A stretch of 64,000 nt of DNA from the NCBI GenBank assembly GCA_963815195.1, contig CAWFGE010000006.1, positions 64,001-128,000 on the forward strand. The letters are read 5' to 3'. Under the pieces are notes generated by a model, which saw nothing but the letters and a program-made list of their open reading frames with translations, was not told the origin of the DNA and searched no databases. This document shows positions 50,909 to 62,113 of the stretch, piece by piece (within the stretch, counting starts at the first letter, position 1; every line of letters starts with the position of its first letter). A program made the position numbers and the translations under genes. This stretch comes from an uncultured Planctomycetaceae bacterium (lineage in GTDB: Bacteria > Planctomycetota > Planctomycetia > Planctomycetales > Planctomycetaceae).

Positions 50909-51097
50909 AAAACGGCCTCGATCAGGTTTGGGAAATCGGATGGGAAAAAATCAGTATAACCCCGACCCCAACCCGCCGCCATTTCGAGCGGACGCGACTT
51001 TTGAACTGCCCAACTTAACCAGGGGGCTTACGCGGGCACCGACCGAAGGTTGGTCTGCTCGCCTTTTGGTCCCCATATTGAAGTTATTTTCTTGACG

Positions 51098-51520
51098 TTA
51101 CTCTGTCGGATGTTCCGGCCCGTCCCACAGCCAGCCGAGTTTCATACGGACGAGTGAAAACAGCATCAACGCCAAACTCGCGCCGACAACATCCATCGCG
51201 AAATCCCACACGTCCCCGGTCCGGCTTTCGATGGGGATCTGCAAAACCTCATCGAGGGCCGCATACACCGCGGCGGCCGCCAAGATCAGGAGGGCGAGCT
51301 TGGCGTTCCAATCATTCCACGCGGAGAGCCACAACGACAAGCACCAGACGAAGCCGCCGTAGAACACGAAATGCACGAACTTGTCCGTGTTCTGCGGAAC
51401 GCCTTCGACTTCGGGCATTGGGATGTGCGTGAGCGTGAAGATCGCGATCCAATACGCGGCGAAGAGCCCCGCCAACACGCGCGGATGCCGCGGTAAAATG
51501 CCCCGCCACTGAATCGTCAT
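51098..51520 (-). CDS. VanZ family membrane protein
   Basis: DKFVHF, YAALDEVLQ, RTGDVWDFAMD. Confidence 0.85.
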   Translation of the reverse strand: MTIQWRGILPRHPRVLAGLFAAYWIAIFTLTHIPMPEVEGVPQNTDKFVHFVFYGGFVWCLSLWLSAWNDWNAKLALLILAAAAVYAALDEVLQIPIESRTGDVWDFAMDVVGASLALMLFSLVRMKLGWLWDGPEHPTE

Positions 51521-51535
51521 TCCGGCCTTTCCGAT

Positions 51536-52800
51536 TCATCCTACGGGATACGGCTTCGCCAATCGGTGCTTGGGATGTTTCTCCAGCCACGCGGCGAGGC
51601 GGTCGGTCCGCGAGATGGCGACGGGCAGAAAATCGAGGGCTGCTTGCAATCTTTCGTTCGGCTCGGCACAACTGAACCGCAAGAAGCCTTGCCCCGCCTC
51701 CCCGAAGCATTCGCCGCCCAGGCACGCCACGCCGAAGTTGTCGTCCGCCCCTTCGAGCAGATAGAGCGCGAACCCGTGGCTGGTCACGCCCAGCTTGTTG
51801 CAGACCGGGGCGATGTTGGGGAACACATAAAACGTGGAGGTCGGATCGATCGTCTGAAAGCCCTCGATCTTGTTGAGACCGGTGGTGAGGAGTTCCACTT
51901 TCTCGCGAAACTTCTGCATGGTGGCGTCGCGTTCGGCGGAATCGTTTTCGAGGGCCGCCGCCCCCGCGAGTTGCACGAGCGCCGGCGTGCAGGAGAGCGT
52001 GGTGTTGATCATCTTGCCGATCATCTCGGTGATGGCGGGCGAAGACACCGCAAACCCCAGCCGCCAGCCGCTCATACTGTAGGACTTGCTGAAGGTGTAC
52101 GCGGCGACGCATTGCTCCATCATGCCGGGCTGTGCGAGCAGCGAATGATGCTGGCCCCGCCAGACCATGTGGCAATACGGTTCATCGCTGAAGACGGCGA
52201 CGTTCTTGCCGCGAATCAAATTCGCAAGTTCGATGAGATCTTCCAGCGTGGCCACGCCGCCGGTGGGGTTGTGCGGGGAATTCAAGAAGATCGCCTTGGG
52301 GGCCGGGTCTTCCTTCAAGAACTTTTCGACGGCCTCGAGGTTCGGCCGAAACGCGCGGGATTGCTCGAGGGACGAGAACACCGCCCGCGCACCCGGCGTT
52401 CGATGTTGGGCACATACGTGGGGAAGTGCGGGCTGAACACCAAGACGCCGTCGCCTGGGTTTAAGAAGGCTTCGCAGAAGAACTGCTCGAAGATCTTCGC
52501 CCCCGGCCCGACGACGATGTTCTCTTTTTGGGCGGGGATATTGAACTCGCGGGACACGAACTTCGCCGCCGCCTCGCGGAAGATTGGCAAACCGGGCGAC
52601 GGACAGTAATGCGATTGGTTTTCCTCGATGGCTTTGGTGCCGGTGGCTTTCGCGGAGGCCGTGCTGTTAAACGGGCTGTCGCCGATCTCGAGTTCCACGA
52701 CGTCTTTGCCCAAGGCTTTGAGGGCCTTGGCCGCCGCGAGCACGGTAAACGCGGTTTCCACCGTCAACGATTTTGCAAATTCACTCAACTCGGCCGTCAC
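51536..52800 (-). CDS. PLP-dependent class I/II aminotransferase; frameshift near 52393
   Basis: LEIGD, GLPIFREA, NSPHNPTG, SDEPY, FSKSYSMSGWRLG; two overlapping ORFs. Confidence 0.88.
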
Positions 52801-53013
52801 GGGATTGTCCTCATGGGTTGTATTTTTCAAGATGCCGAAAACCGAAGCACAGTATGGGACTGGACCCGCGAAGAAACAAGGGTGCTCGGTGTCCCCTCCC
52901 CTTGGGCGAGGGGGTTTAAGGTGAGAGGGGCGAATGCTTTGTCCGTTGCCCGGTCGCCGATTTGTCCGAACGGAAGTCGCCTTGGTCTTGTCAGCCGGTC
53001 GCGTGGTGCGGTA

Positions 53014-53035
53014 TTTATAAAATCTTAACAAAGAT
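53014..53035 (+). promoter_or_regulatory. Possible Pho-box-like tandem (11-bp spacing) upstream of phoU
   Basis: TTTATA-AAATC-TTAACA-AAGAT in an AT-rich patch ~150 bp upstream of phoU. Confidence 0.3.
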
Positions 53036-53182
53036 CCCCCTCGTCTCTTGATATTTCCCCACTACAGTTTGTCAAGGAATCCGGCAGAGAGGTTCCGCCC
53101 CGTGGTTTCGTGCAGATTCTCGACCACGGAATGAAACTGGCGTGTTGGGAAGCGGACAAGACATGCGAAAAGGAGCCTTCCC

Positions 53183-53899
53183 ATGACGATCCATCTCATC
53201 CGCGACCTGGAATCATTGCACCGCGATGTGCTTTCCATGTGCACGAACGTTGAGGAAATTATTCATAAAGCCGTGGACGAGTTGGGGCAGACGGATCACC
53301 GGTTGGCCGAGGAACTCCGCCGGCAGGACGACGAGATCGACCGCTGGGACGTGAAGATTGAGGAAGAGTGCCTGAAGCTGCTCGCGCTCCATCAGCCGGT
53401 GGCCGTGGATTTGCGGCGGATTGCCGCGGTCCTCAAGATCACGGGGGAATTGGAGCGGGTGGCTGACCTGGGCGTGCACATTGCGGAGCGGGCCGAGGCC
53501 CTCGTCGATTCTCCGGGCCTGCACGTTCCCGATCGGCTCAAGCAAATGGCCCAAGTCGCCTTGGACATGCTGCACCGCTCGATCGATGCCTATGTCCAAC
53601 TCGACAGCAAAGTCGCCCGCAACGTCATCAAGGAGGACGATCTCGTCGATGAGATGAATCGGGAGATCATTAACGAACTCGTGGAGACTATGAAACGCTT
53701 CCCGGAGTTGATCGATCCGGCGATGCACCTGTTCTCGGCGTCCCGGCACATCGAACGCATCGCCGACCATGCGACCAACATCGCGGAGGATGTGGTTTAT
53801 CTGGTTGAGGGAGCGATTATTCGTCATGGAATCGATTCCACGGACTTGATGAACCTGCCGGCGCCCGAAAACGGCCGAAACGCGGAATCGGAGCCGTGA
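53183..53899 (+). CDS. phoU: Phosphate signalling protein PhoU
   Basis: RBS aggag; HQPVAVDLR, ELERVADL, ERIADHATNIAEDV. Confidence 0.95.
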   Translation: MTIHLIRDLESLHRDVLSMCTNVEEIIHKAVDELGQTDHRLAEELRRQDDEIDRWDVKIEEECLKLLALHQPVAVDLRRIAAVLKITGELERVADLGVHIAERAEALVDSPGLHVPDRLKQMAQVALDMLHRSIDAYVQLDSKVARNVIKEDDLVDEMNREIINELVETMKRFPELIDPAMHLFSASRHIERIADHATNIAEDVVYLVEGAIIRHGIDSTDLMNLPAPENGRNAESEP

Positions 53900-53925
53900 C
53901 CTGTGCACCAACGTGAAGACAACCG

Positions 53926-54631
53926 ATGAGCAAACAGAAGATTCTGGTGATTGAAGACGAGCGGGCGCTGGTCGAGGTGTTGACGTACAACCTCACCAAC
54001 GAGGGGTTTGAAGTCCTGAGTGCGACGGACGGGCAGGACGGCCTCCGCCGAGCGCAGGCGCGAGCTTCCCGATCTGATCATCCTGGACTTGATGCTGCCG
54101 GTGATCGACGGCCTCCAAGTCTGCCGGCAGCTGCGGAGCGATCCCCGCACCCAGGATTTGCGGATTTTGATGCTCACCGCCCGCAGCGAGGAAATCGACG
54201 AAATCGTCGGCTTCAACATGGGGGCCGACGATTACGTCACCAAGCCGTTCAAGATCAAGCCGTTGATCCACCGCATCAAAGCCCTGCTCCGGCGGACGGT
54301 GCCCGACCAGGCCCATGCCGACCGCGTGGCACTGCAAGGCGTGGAAATCGACCGGCTGAACCATCAGGTGAAAGTCGAGGGCGGAGAGTTGATGCTCACG
54401 CCCACCGAGTTTCGCCTGTTGTGGGTTTTGGCCCGGCAACCGGGGCGGCCGTTTTCCCGGCACGAATTGATGGACAGCAGCCGGGGCGAAGACGCGAACG
54501 CCCTCGAACGCACGATCGATGTCCACATCCGCTCGCTCCGGCAGAAGCTGGGCGAGCACGCGGATCTCATCGAAACGGTGCGCGGCGTGGGTTATCGCTT
54601 CCGGCCTGAAGCCGCCGGCGCTTCGGAATAG
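53926..54631 (+). CDS. phoB: OmpR/PhoB family response regulator; frameshift near 54061
   Basis: ILVIEDE, PDLIILDLMLP, GADDYVTKPF, LTPTEFRLL, RTIDVHI, ETVRGVGYR; follows phoU. Confidence 0.85.
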
Positions 54632-54650
54632 CCGATTCCCAGCCGGAAAA

Positions 54651-54739
54651 GGGTGCCACTGGCAACTTGTTGCCAGTGTTCTCGCAATTCGATGGCTCAC
54701 GAGATCAAAGCACTGGCAGACAAGCTGCCAGTGGCACCC
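54651..54739. repeat. REP-like doublet
   Basis: gggtgccactggcaacttgttgccagtg ... cactggcagacaagctgccagtggcaccc. Confidence 0.8.
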
Positions 54740-55326
54740 AAAATCGCGATCGTCTCAGAAAACACCGATTTTTCGTTTGAAAAATCGCGAAAGGCGAGCT
54801 ATGGTTTTGCGATTCGCCGGATTGGGCCAAAATCCGTATCGCCTGCCTTGCTTGCCCTCCTGCTTCACATCCGGGCTTTGATGCCTGCCGCGCGGATGAA
54901 TCCGACCCATTATTTCCCGCCGCAAAAGAGTCGCACCGAGAATGGAAAGAATCCGCGCCAAAGCGGAGCAAGGGGCTATTCCGCAAAGCGAATGATTTCC
55001 AGATGTTGGATCGATGGCCGGCTCGTCCGCGAGGATTCCCACAGGGGGGAATACTCCAAAACGTGGACGGGGCTATAATTCCCATCAGGCGGCACCGATT
55101 TTGCGTAATTCAAATCAACTTCCAAGCCGTTGGGTTTTTGGAATGGATGTGTACGAAGAAGGAGTTGCCGATTTTCAGGAAATCCCCGAAAAACCCGAGT
55201 TAGCGTCCTTGAGCGAAGTCAAACGGACCGTGCAAAAACTCGCGCGAGACGTCGGCCGAATGGCAGACCGAACCGTGCAGAAATAGGATTCTTTCGAACC
55301 CCCTCTCGAAGCGGAGATCCGCATAA

Positions 55327-56604
55327 ATGTCGAACCTTGATATTCCACCCAGTTCCAAACCGAACTCGCGAATCGCGGCGGGAATGGATTTCCTGTTTGA
55401 AAACTCGTTGTTTCTCATCTCGGGTGCCGCTTTGGCGTTGATTTGGGCCAATGTGAACGAAGGCAGCTACCAGGCCTGGGTCCATATGGCGATTTTCGGC
55501 GGCGGACCCGGGGCTCACGGCGTTGAGCATGCCATCACCTGGCACTTTTTGGTGAACGACGTTTTGATGGCGCTGTTCTTCGCGATTGCCGCGAAGGAAG
55601 TTTGGGAATCGTTTCTGCCGGGCGGGGCGTTGTCGAACATCCGCACCGCCGCGACGCCGCTGTTGGCGACTCTGGGCGGCGTGGCGATGCCCGCGCTCCT
55701 GTATTTGATCGGGGCGGGCCTCACCGGGCGGATGGACACCCTCGGCCGCGGCTGGGCGGTCCCCTGTGCGACCGACATCGCCTTTAGCTACCTCGTCGCG
55801 CGATTGATCTTCGGCAAGGGGCACCCGGCGATTTCGTTTCTGCTCTTGTTGGCGATCGCCGACGATGCGGCCGGGCTGATTATCCTCGCCATCGCCTATC
55901 CGCAGGAGGCCCTCCAGCCGCAGTGGTTCCTGTTGACCGCGGCGGCGATCGGGTTGGGCCTGACCATGCGAAAGTACCGCGTGCGGAGCTTTTGGTGGTA
56001 TCTCTTGGTCCCCGGCGTGATGTCCTGGTTCTCGTTTTACATGGCCGGCATTCACGCCGCGTTGGGGTTGGCTCCGATCATCCCCACGCTGCCTCACGCC
56101 AAGACCGACTTGGGTCTCTTCAGCGAAGAAGAAGACACCCGGCACGATACGCTCAGCGAATTCGAGCACTGGTGGAAGAACCCTGTCGAACTCATCCTGG
56201 GCCTGTTCGGGCTGGTGAATGCGGGCGTGGCGTTCTCGAACGTGGGCACGGGCACCTGGCTGGTGCTGACGGGGCTCCTCGTCGGCAAACCGCTGGGCAT
56301 TACGCTGTTTACCTTCCTCGGCCAGAAGCTCCTCAAGCTCAATATGCCGGCGGGCATGAACTATCGGCACATCATCACTCTGGGCACCGTCGCCGGGATC
56401 GGATTCACGGTGGCCCTGTTCGTGAGCACCGCCGCCTTCGAGCAGCCGGGCCCGGTGCAGGATTCGATCAAGATGGGGGCCCTGGGCAGCTTCTTCGCCG
56501 CCGTGCTGGCGATCGGCGTGAGCCGATTGCTCAAAGTCAAACCCGTCACCGCACCCGTGGAAACCGAGCAGAAAGAACAGTCCCCCGAACTGGCGACGGT
56601 TTAG
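55327..56604 (+). CDS. nhaA: Na+/H+ antiporter NhaA
   Basis: VNDVLMALFF, GWAVPCATDIAF, LAIADD, GKPLGI, AGIGFTVALF. Confidence 0.92.
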   Translation: MSNLDIPPSSKPNSRIAAGMDFLFENSLFLISGAALALIWANVNEGSYQAWVHMAIFGGGPGAHGVEHAITWHFLVNDVLMALFFAIAAKEVWESFLPGGALSNIRTAATPLLATLGGVAMPALLYLIGAGLTGRMDTLGRGWAVPCATDIAFSYLVARLIFGKGHPAISFLLLLAIADDAAGLIILAIAYPQEALQPQWFLLTAAAIGLGLTMRKYRVRSFWWYLLVPGVMSWFSFYMAGIHAALGLAPIIPTLPHAKTDLGLFSEEEDTRHDTLSEFEHWWKNPVELILGLFGLVNAGVAFSNVGTGTWLVLTGLLVGKPLGITLFTFLGQKLLKLNMPAGMNYRHIITLGTVAGIGFTVALFVSTAAFEQPGPVQDSIKMGALGSFFAAVLAIGVSRLLKVKPVTAPVETEQKEQSPELATV

Positions 56605-56614
56605 ACCCCATGCT

Positions 56615-57271
56615 TCAGGCGATCCGAATCGCAAGCCCACGGCATCTCCGTTTTGCCCCCCTTGGCTTGCGAATTCGATAGATTTCGTGTGATTGTGGTG
56701 CAACCGTTCCGGCCGCATTATCAGACGAGACGCCTGCACCAAAAGGATTTAGAGCCGGGCCTTCGGTCCTTAGCACTCTCGGTTCGGCTGCGTCAGGTTG
56801 CATCGGGGCGCCGGATGAGGCTTGGCGGAGCATTCGCTCAAAGCGCTTCAGGTATTCCATGGAACGCATTTCCGGGCAGTTCAGAACGGCTGACTGAAAT
56901 TCATCGGGTGGCCGATATTGGTGCGAGTCGACGTAGTGTATGACGAGGGACGGTGCGACAAGGATTCGACCTTCCGATGGCACATAGACGTTGTCGCGGC
57001 CGAGTAGCACTGAATCATTGGTTTCCTTCATGCCGAACGTCCTGGGACCCCCGCTGAACTTGCAGAAGGGGCACGAATGAAACCCCATGGCAACGGCCGG
57101 TTGCCAAGGATTTCGGAGCAGCTTAAAGAGGGCCACCACAAAATCGAAACCCACTTTGCCGCGATCGAAATCTTCGGAGTCAGTAAGCCATCCCACTGGA
57201 ACAATGCGATCGTCATCCGGCCACGGGTACTTAAAATCTGGCGTATCCACGGAGCCAACTCCGAAGTCCAT
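56615..57271 (-). CDS. Conserved hypothetical protein with H/CxxC motif
   Basis: VGWL, GFHSCPFC, APSLVIHYV-SHQYRPP-EF; start overlaps the upstream stop; more AT-rich than neighbours. Confidence 0.65.
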   Translation of the reverse strand: MDFGVGSVDTPDFKYPWPDDDRIVPVGWLTDSEDFDRGKVGFDFVVALFKLLRNPWQPAVAMGFHSCPFCKFSGGPRTFGMKETNDSVLLGRDNVYVPSEGRILVAPSLVIHYVDSHQYRPPDEFQSAVLNCPEMRSMEYLKRFERMLRQASSGAPMQPDAAEPRVLRTEGPALNPFGAGVSSDNAAGTVAPQSHEIYRIRKPRGAKRRCRGLAIRIA

Positions 57272-58371
57272 CAGGGTTCCAGCACGCAGGCGAACTCTTG
57301 CAGTTGGGCCGTGAGCACGGGCTGCGGGCAGGACCAGACGAGGAAGAACATCGCTTCGCGGACCAACCGCGAGGCCGGATGATGGGCAAGGAAGCCGGCC
57401 CCCTTGGTCGCCGCGAGGTAAGCCTGCGTCATGCGGAGCACCAGCGAGTTCGCCCGCCGGCGGATGGACTCGGCGGAAAGGCTGGGATTCTCCCCCGGGC
57501 CTTCGAGCGCAGCGATCAAATCGTCTTCAAGCGATTGCCATTCCTCGGCGAACGGGCGGTGAATGTCCCACAGGTCCGGGCGTTTGTCGGCCTCGACGGC
57601 CAGGCGGTTGAGGGCCGACGCGGAATGGCCGATCGCCAAAGCAGACGTCGTGAGCGAACCCGCCCCGCCGCCGGTGCCTCGCTTCATCACGTCTTCGACG
57701 GGGCCGGCGATGATGTGGTCCCGGGGAACGAGCACCCGGTTCAATCGGACCGAACCGGTTTGCGACGCATTGAGGGCCAACAGCTCCGGCGGAGGCAGAA
57801 TCTCCACGCCCGCCGTGTTTGTCGGCAAAGCGACCAGAAGCTGCCTGCGGTCGCCCGAGGTGCCGCCGGTGACAATGTAATCCGCCGCGTTCGCGCCGGT
57901 GACCCAGGGCACCGTGCCCTCGAAGATCCAGCCGTCCGCGGTTTCCTCGGCCGAGACCGCGGGCTGTTTCAAATGCTGCCGGGACGTGGTGAGATGCGAA
58001 ATCCCGACCGTGGTAAATAATTCCCCCCGGCAGAACGCGGGCAGCAAGCGGGCTTTGAGATCTTCGTTCTCGCTGCCCGCGAGCCGCTGGCAGGCCCCGT
58101 TTCGCTGGGTGAGAATGAAGGCGGTCGTCAGGCAGGCTTCGGTGAGCCGGAGGTAACCCCGCGTGAGGCTTTCGGTCGAGACGTCCCGCCCGCCGAACTC
58201 TTCGGGAATCACCCAGCCCAGCACGCCCGCGTGGGCGAGTTCGCGGAATTGCTCCGCGGGCCAGGCATCGGTGCGGTCCGGGAGTTCGTTCGCCAACTCC
58301 GCCAGGCGATCGCAGAGGGCTTTCAGCTCGGGAAATTCGTGATTCAAAGAATCCGTCTCGCGGTCCGTCAT
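57271..58371 (-). CDS. Acyl-CoA dehydrogenase family protein
   Basis: GWVIPEEFGG, GWIFEGTVPWVTG, ASQTGSVRL, RLVREAMFF. Confidence 0.85.
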   Translation of the reverse strand: MTDRETDSLNHEFPELKALCDRLAELANELPDRTDAWPAEQFRELAHAGVLGWVIPEEFGGRDVSTESLTRGYLRLTEACLTTAFILTQRNGACQRLAGSENEDLKARLLPAFCRGELFTTVGISHLTTSRQHLKQPAVSAEETADGWIFEGTVPWVTGANAADYIVTGGTSGDRRQLLVALPTNTAGVEILPPPELLALNASQTGSVRLNRVLVPRDHIIAGPVEDVMKRGTGGGAGSLTTSALAIGHSASALNRLAVEADKRPDLWDIHRPFAEEWQSLEDDLIAALEGPGENPSLSAESIRRRANSLVLRMTQAYLAATKGAGFLAHHPASRLVREAMFFLVWSCPQPVLTAQLQEFACVLEP

Positions 58372-58819
58372 TGGGGCAACTTCGATTGAGGAATCTGAAA
58401 ACGTTTTACCACGGAGCCACCGAGGTCCCAGAGAAAGACAGAGAAAAGCAAGAGAGAAAGCACGTGCCGGCTCTACAAGAGTTTATCGTGTCTCGCCCCT
58501 CCGTGGTATTCTCCGCGCCCTCCGCATCTCCGTAGTGACACCTCTTTTTCGTTGTAGTCGAAATAACATTCAACGGAACTCGCTTACCATTTGAGTTATT
58601 CCCATTTTTCCTGAAACCGTGGCGAAAAGGCAACGGATTTGCAGAAAACCGGCGGAGGGGCGGATTCTCCTCGCGAGTGTTAAACAGAATTATCAATCCC
58701 GAGAAACTTTGTTAACCGCCGTTCCAATTTGGCACAGTTCCGGCCAATCGGCAATTTCCGACGAATCCGCATCTCTGATCCGACGCCTCTCACTCCTTTC
58801 CCATGCCGACTGAGCCCTG

Positions 58820-59245
58820 ATGATGACGCCTCCACCGATTTGGCTCGCCGAGACCGCAAACCGGGTTGCGGCCCAGTTTCATTGTGCCGAGGTGCTGGCT
58901 CCCGTGGGCTGCCATTACTTCCGCGATAAAGGCCGCGACGTTTGGGAAGTGACCGTGTTTGTGTCCGGCACGGAAACGCTCGGCGGCGAGCACGACGGCA
59001 AGCGGACGTGTTCGCGGTTCTCGGTCAACCTGGCCGGTGTGCATGCCCTCTTTTCCGAAATCCACGAGTTCTCCTGGCAAGCTGTCTCGATGGGCGAAGC
59101 CGACGACCTCGGCCCGCACCTTTCGATCGAAGGTGTCATCGGCGGGCATACCGTGTGGCTGCGGATCACGGCCCATCCGCCCGAACCGTTTGAGCCGGGC
59201 CGGATTGCCGACGTTTGCGACCGCCGCTTCCACGACCTGTGGTAG
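58820..59245 (+). CDS. Hypothetical protein (141 aa)
   Basis: Clean ORF with host-like codon usage. Confidence 0.65.
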   Translation: MMTPPPIWLAETANRVAAQFHCAEVLAPVGCHYFRDKGRDVWEVTVFVSGTETLGGEHDGKRTCSRFSVNLAGVHALFSEIHEFSWQAVSMGEADDLGPHLSIEGVIGGHTVWLRITAHPPEPFEPGRIADVCDRRFHDLW

Positions 59246-59544
59246 CGGACCCCACGATCGGGGAGGTTCATCATGGGGCCGACGCCCGGGCCGACGCCCC
59301 ACGCTCGCCCGCAGGCCTCAGAATCCCTAGAGCCGTCACAGCTTGACAATTCTATTTCGGAAAAGTTTCCGGGGCTGAGGAATTCCCCTCAAGTTTCCCG
59401 CCTCGGTTCTCCTGAATGAGCTAGGGTTGAATAACGGTTTGGCGAATACTGATGAGTCGAACCCAGCGCACGGTGGGGTGCAATGGTCAGGCTTTTGAGG
59501 TTTCGCCATCTTTTACACGCCACTTTTGAGAGAGGGCAAACAAG

Positions 59545-59718
59545 ATGAAAAATTTCACAAACAGTATCAAACGGTTCCTGGTGTCCGAAGACGGCCCGAC
59601 CGCGGTGGAATACGCCGTGATGCTCGCGCTGATCGTCATCGTGTGCTTGACCGCGATTCAAGCCGTCGGCACCAACGCCAACACGAAGTTTGAATCGGTC
59701 CGCGACGCCCTCACCTAA
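59545..59718 (+). CDS. flp: Flp/Fap type IVb pilin (57 aa; not in the ORF track)
   Basis: Hand translation MKNFTNSIKRFLVSEDG/PTAVEYAVMLALIVIVCLTAIQAVGTNANTKFESVRDALT*; RBS gagagggc. Confidence 0.92.
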   Translation: MKNFTNSIKRFLVSEDGPTAVEYAVMLALIVIVCLTAIQAVGTNANTKFESVRDALT

Positions 59719-60042
59719 GCGTCCGCGCGGCCGGCAGCGGCGGGCTTTTTCGCGCCGCGGCCCAACGCATTCTTCCGCACGTGCCGGGATTCTTTTCCCG
59801 GCACGTGTTTTCTTTTTGCAGAGTCTGGAGATTTGGGTGGCACGCCCTGAGGAACGAAGGGCGTGGTCTTAACGGTCGCCACGCCCTTCGCTGCGCTCCG
59901 GGACGTCCCACGCGATGAGTTTTGCGTTGGATCGGAGTGACCAGGAGGCCGACGCCTCCCGCTCGCCTTGGCGTTTTTGGCAAGATCCGGCAGAATAGAC
60001 AGAAAGGCTCCGCGATTCGCTTCACCCCCAGGGAACGTCCGG

Positions 60043-61803
60043 ATGAAATCCACTTTTTGCCTGACCATTCTGTTGGCATGCTTTTTCGTTTCCATGCTCG
60101 CGGCGGAGCCGCCCGCTGACAAAGCCCTGCACGAGAAACCGCATTGGCGGGAACCGATCGCCTTGACCGCCGTGAAGGATCGGATCTATACGGCCAACCG
60201 CCGCAGCGGCACGGTCTCGGTTTTGGCGGCGGACAATCTCGAAGTCATCGCGGAAGCACCGGTCGGCCGGCGGCTGTCCGACTTGGCCGTGATGCACTCC
60301 GGCGAAACGCTCGTGGCGGTCGATGAGTCGTCCCATCAACTTATCGTCCTCAAACCGACGCCGAGCGGCGTCGCCGTTCAAAAACGAATCGCCGTGGACA
60401 AGACGCCGGTGAGGGTCGCGGTCGATGCCGGGGGAACGCGGTGCGCGGTTGCGTGCTTGTGGTCCCGCCGGGTGAATTTGTTTGGGTCGGATAAAGGCAC
60501 GAAGAAACTTTCGCGGCGGGCCGTGGTGGATCTGCCGTTCGCTCCGCGCAACATGCTTTGGCTGGAGGAACAAAACCGCTTGATCGCAGCGGACTCGTTC
60601 GGCGGGCGGCTGGCGGTGATCGATCCCGACGGCGGCCGCATCCTTTCGGTCAAAAAAATCGCTGGGCACAACATTCGCGGCCTGGCCTTGGGGGCCGGCG
60701 GCAAAGACCTGCTGGTCGCCCAGCAGGTGCTCGATGCTTCGAGCAAAACCATGCACACGCCCGTCTTCTGGGGCAACTTGATGCAAAACGTGCTGCGGTC
60801 TCAATCGCTGGAGGAATTGTTCGCCGCCGAGGAGAACCGGCAGACCGGCGATCTGTTTCGCACGGAACCATTGGGCCATCCCAGCAACGCGACGGGCGAT
60901 CCTTACGATGTCCGCGTGCTGCCCGGCGGGCAAACGGTGGTCTCGCTTTCCGGCGTCGGCGAAATCGCGATCCGGCCCTCCGACCTCAAACCCTTCGAGC
61001 GGTTCGACGCCCAGGCCCATTCCACCGCGATTCTGCCACATCCCGACGGCCGGCGGTTGTTGGTGGCGAACACCTTTGCGGATTCGATCACGATGTTCGA
61101 TCTCAAAAACTGGGGCATTGCGGGCCATATCTCTCTCGGTCCCACATCGCCACTCAGCCAGCGCGATCAGGGCAAGCGGTTATTTTACGATGCCCGACTC
61201 TCGCTCGATGGCTGGTATAGCTGCCACAGTTGCCATACCGATGGGCACACGACCGGGCAGCGAAACGATAACCTCAGCGATCTTTCGTTTGGAGCCCCCA
61301 AGCGGATCCTGCCGTTGGGCGGCGCCCGAGACACGGGACCGTGGGCCTGGAACGGGCAGTCGAAGGATCTCAAAAAGCAAATTCATTCCTCGATCCAGAA
61401 CACCATGCAAGGCAGTCAACGCACTGACGAGGAACTGGCTGCATTGGCGACTTACGTCCAAAGCCTGAAGCCCGCCCCGTCTTTGGATCGCATGCGAGGC
61501 ACGCTGGATGAAAAAGCCATGGCCCGCGGGCAGCGGATTTTTCATTCGCAAGGTTGTGCCGGCTGCCATCAGCCGCCGACTTACACCAGTTCGGAAGCGT
61601 ACAACGTGGGCCTGGCGGATGAACTCGGCGAACAGGAATTTAACCCGCCGTCACTCTTGGGCGTCAGCCAGCGAGATGAACTTTTCCACGACAGCCGGGC
61701 CAAGAGCCTCGAAGAGGTTTTGAAAACCTACCGCCACGGCGATGCCCACAAACTCACCCAAGATCAGCGGGCCGACCTGATGGCGTTTCTGCGGAGTTTA
61801 TAA
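60043..61803 (+). CDS. YVTN-type beta-propeller + di-heme cytochrome c peroxidase-like protein
   Basis: Signal peptide; IYTANRRSGTVSV repeats; SCHSCH and CAGCH; PWAWNG; LFHD. Confidence 0.85.
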   Translation: MKSTFCLTILLACFFVSMLAAEPPADKALHEKPHWREPIALTAVKDRIYTANRRSGTVSVLAADNLEVIAEAPVGRRLSDLAVMHSGETLVAVDESSHQLIVLKPTPSGVAVQKRIAVDKTPVRVAVDAGGTRCAVACLWSRRVNLFGSDKGTKKLSRRAVVDLPFAPRNMLWLEEQNRLIAADSFGGRLAVIDPDGGRILSVKKIAGHNIRGLALGAGGKDLLVAQQVLDASSKTMHTPVFWGNLMQNVLRSQSLEELFAAEENRQTGDLFRTEPLGHPSNATGDPYDVRVLPGGQTVVSLSGVGEIAIRPSDLKPFERFDAQAHSTAILPHPDGRRLLVANTFADSITMFDLKNWGIAGHISLGPTSPLSQRDQGKRLFYDARLSLDGWYSCHSCHTDGHTTGQRNDNLSDLSFGAPKRILPLGGARDTGPWAWNGQSKDLKKQIHSSIQNTMQGSQRTDEELAALATYVQSLKPAPSLDRMRGTLDEKAMARGQRIFHSQGCAGCHQPPTYTSSEAYNVGLADELGEQEFNPPSLLGVSQRDELFHDSRAKSLEEVLKTYRHGDAHKLTQDQRADLMAFLRSL

Positions 61804-62113
61804 CGAGGCGCCGCGGGCGAATTTCAGATTCTTCCGGATCATCAGGAGGGACGACGACGGTGTTAAAGAATATCTTGTCCGCGCTCTGTTACCTCCCTTT
61901 GGGGAGGTCGGACGCGGTAGCGGCCGGGTGGGGGGAACGTGTGATGCGAGCCGATTTTCGACTTGGCAAATGAACCGAAATCGCCGACGCCATGGGAATG
62001 GATCGGGCGATTGGGGACATGCTCCGGATTTCAGCGCAACTGCAGCCAAAACGTCACGCCGCCAACCTCGTTCTCCAGTCGTTTGTAATGCACCCCGCCA
62101 GAAGAGTTTCCGC

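Noticed and set aside
22067..54631. Calling the frameshifted genes pseudogenes or programmed frameshifts
   Set aside because: Only one or two small indels per gene, no additional decay and no slippery heptamers seen; sequencing error is more parsimonious
59400..59540. Riboswitch or hammerhead upstream of flp (ctgatga present)
   Set aside because: Could not find the stem II/GAAA core or c-di-GMP riboswitch consensus by eye; needs an Rfam scan
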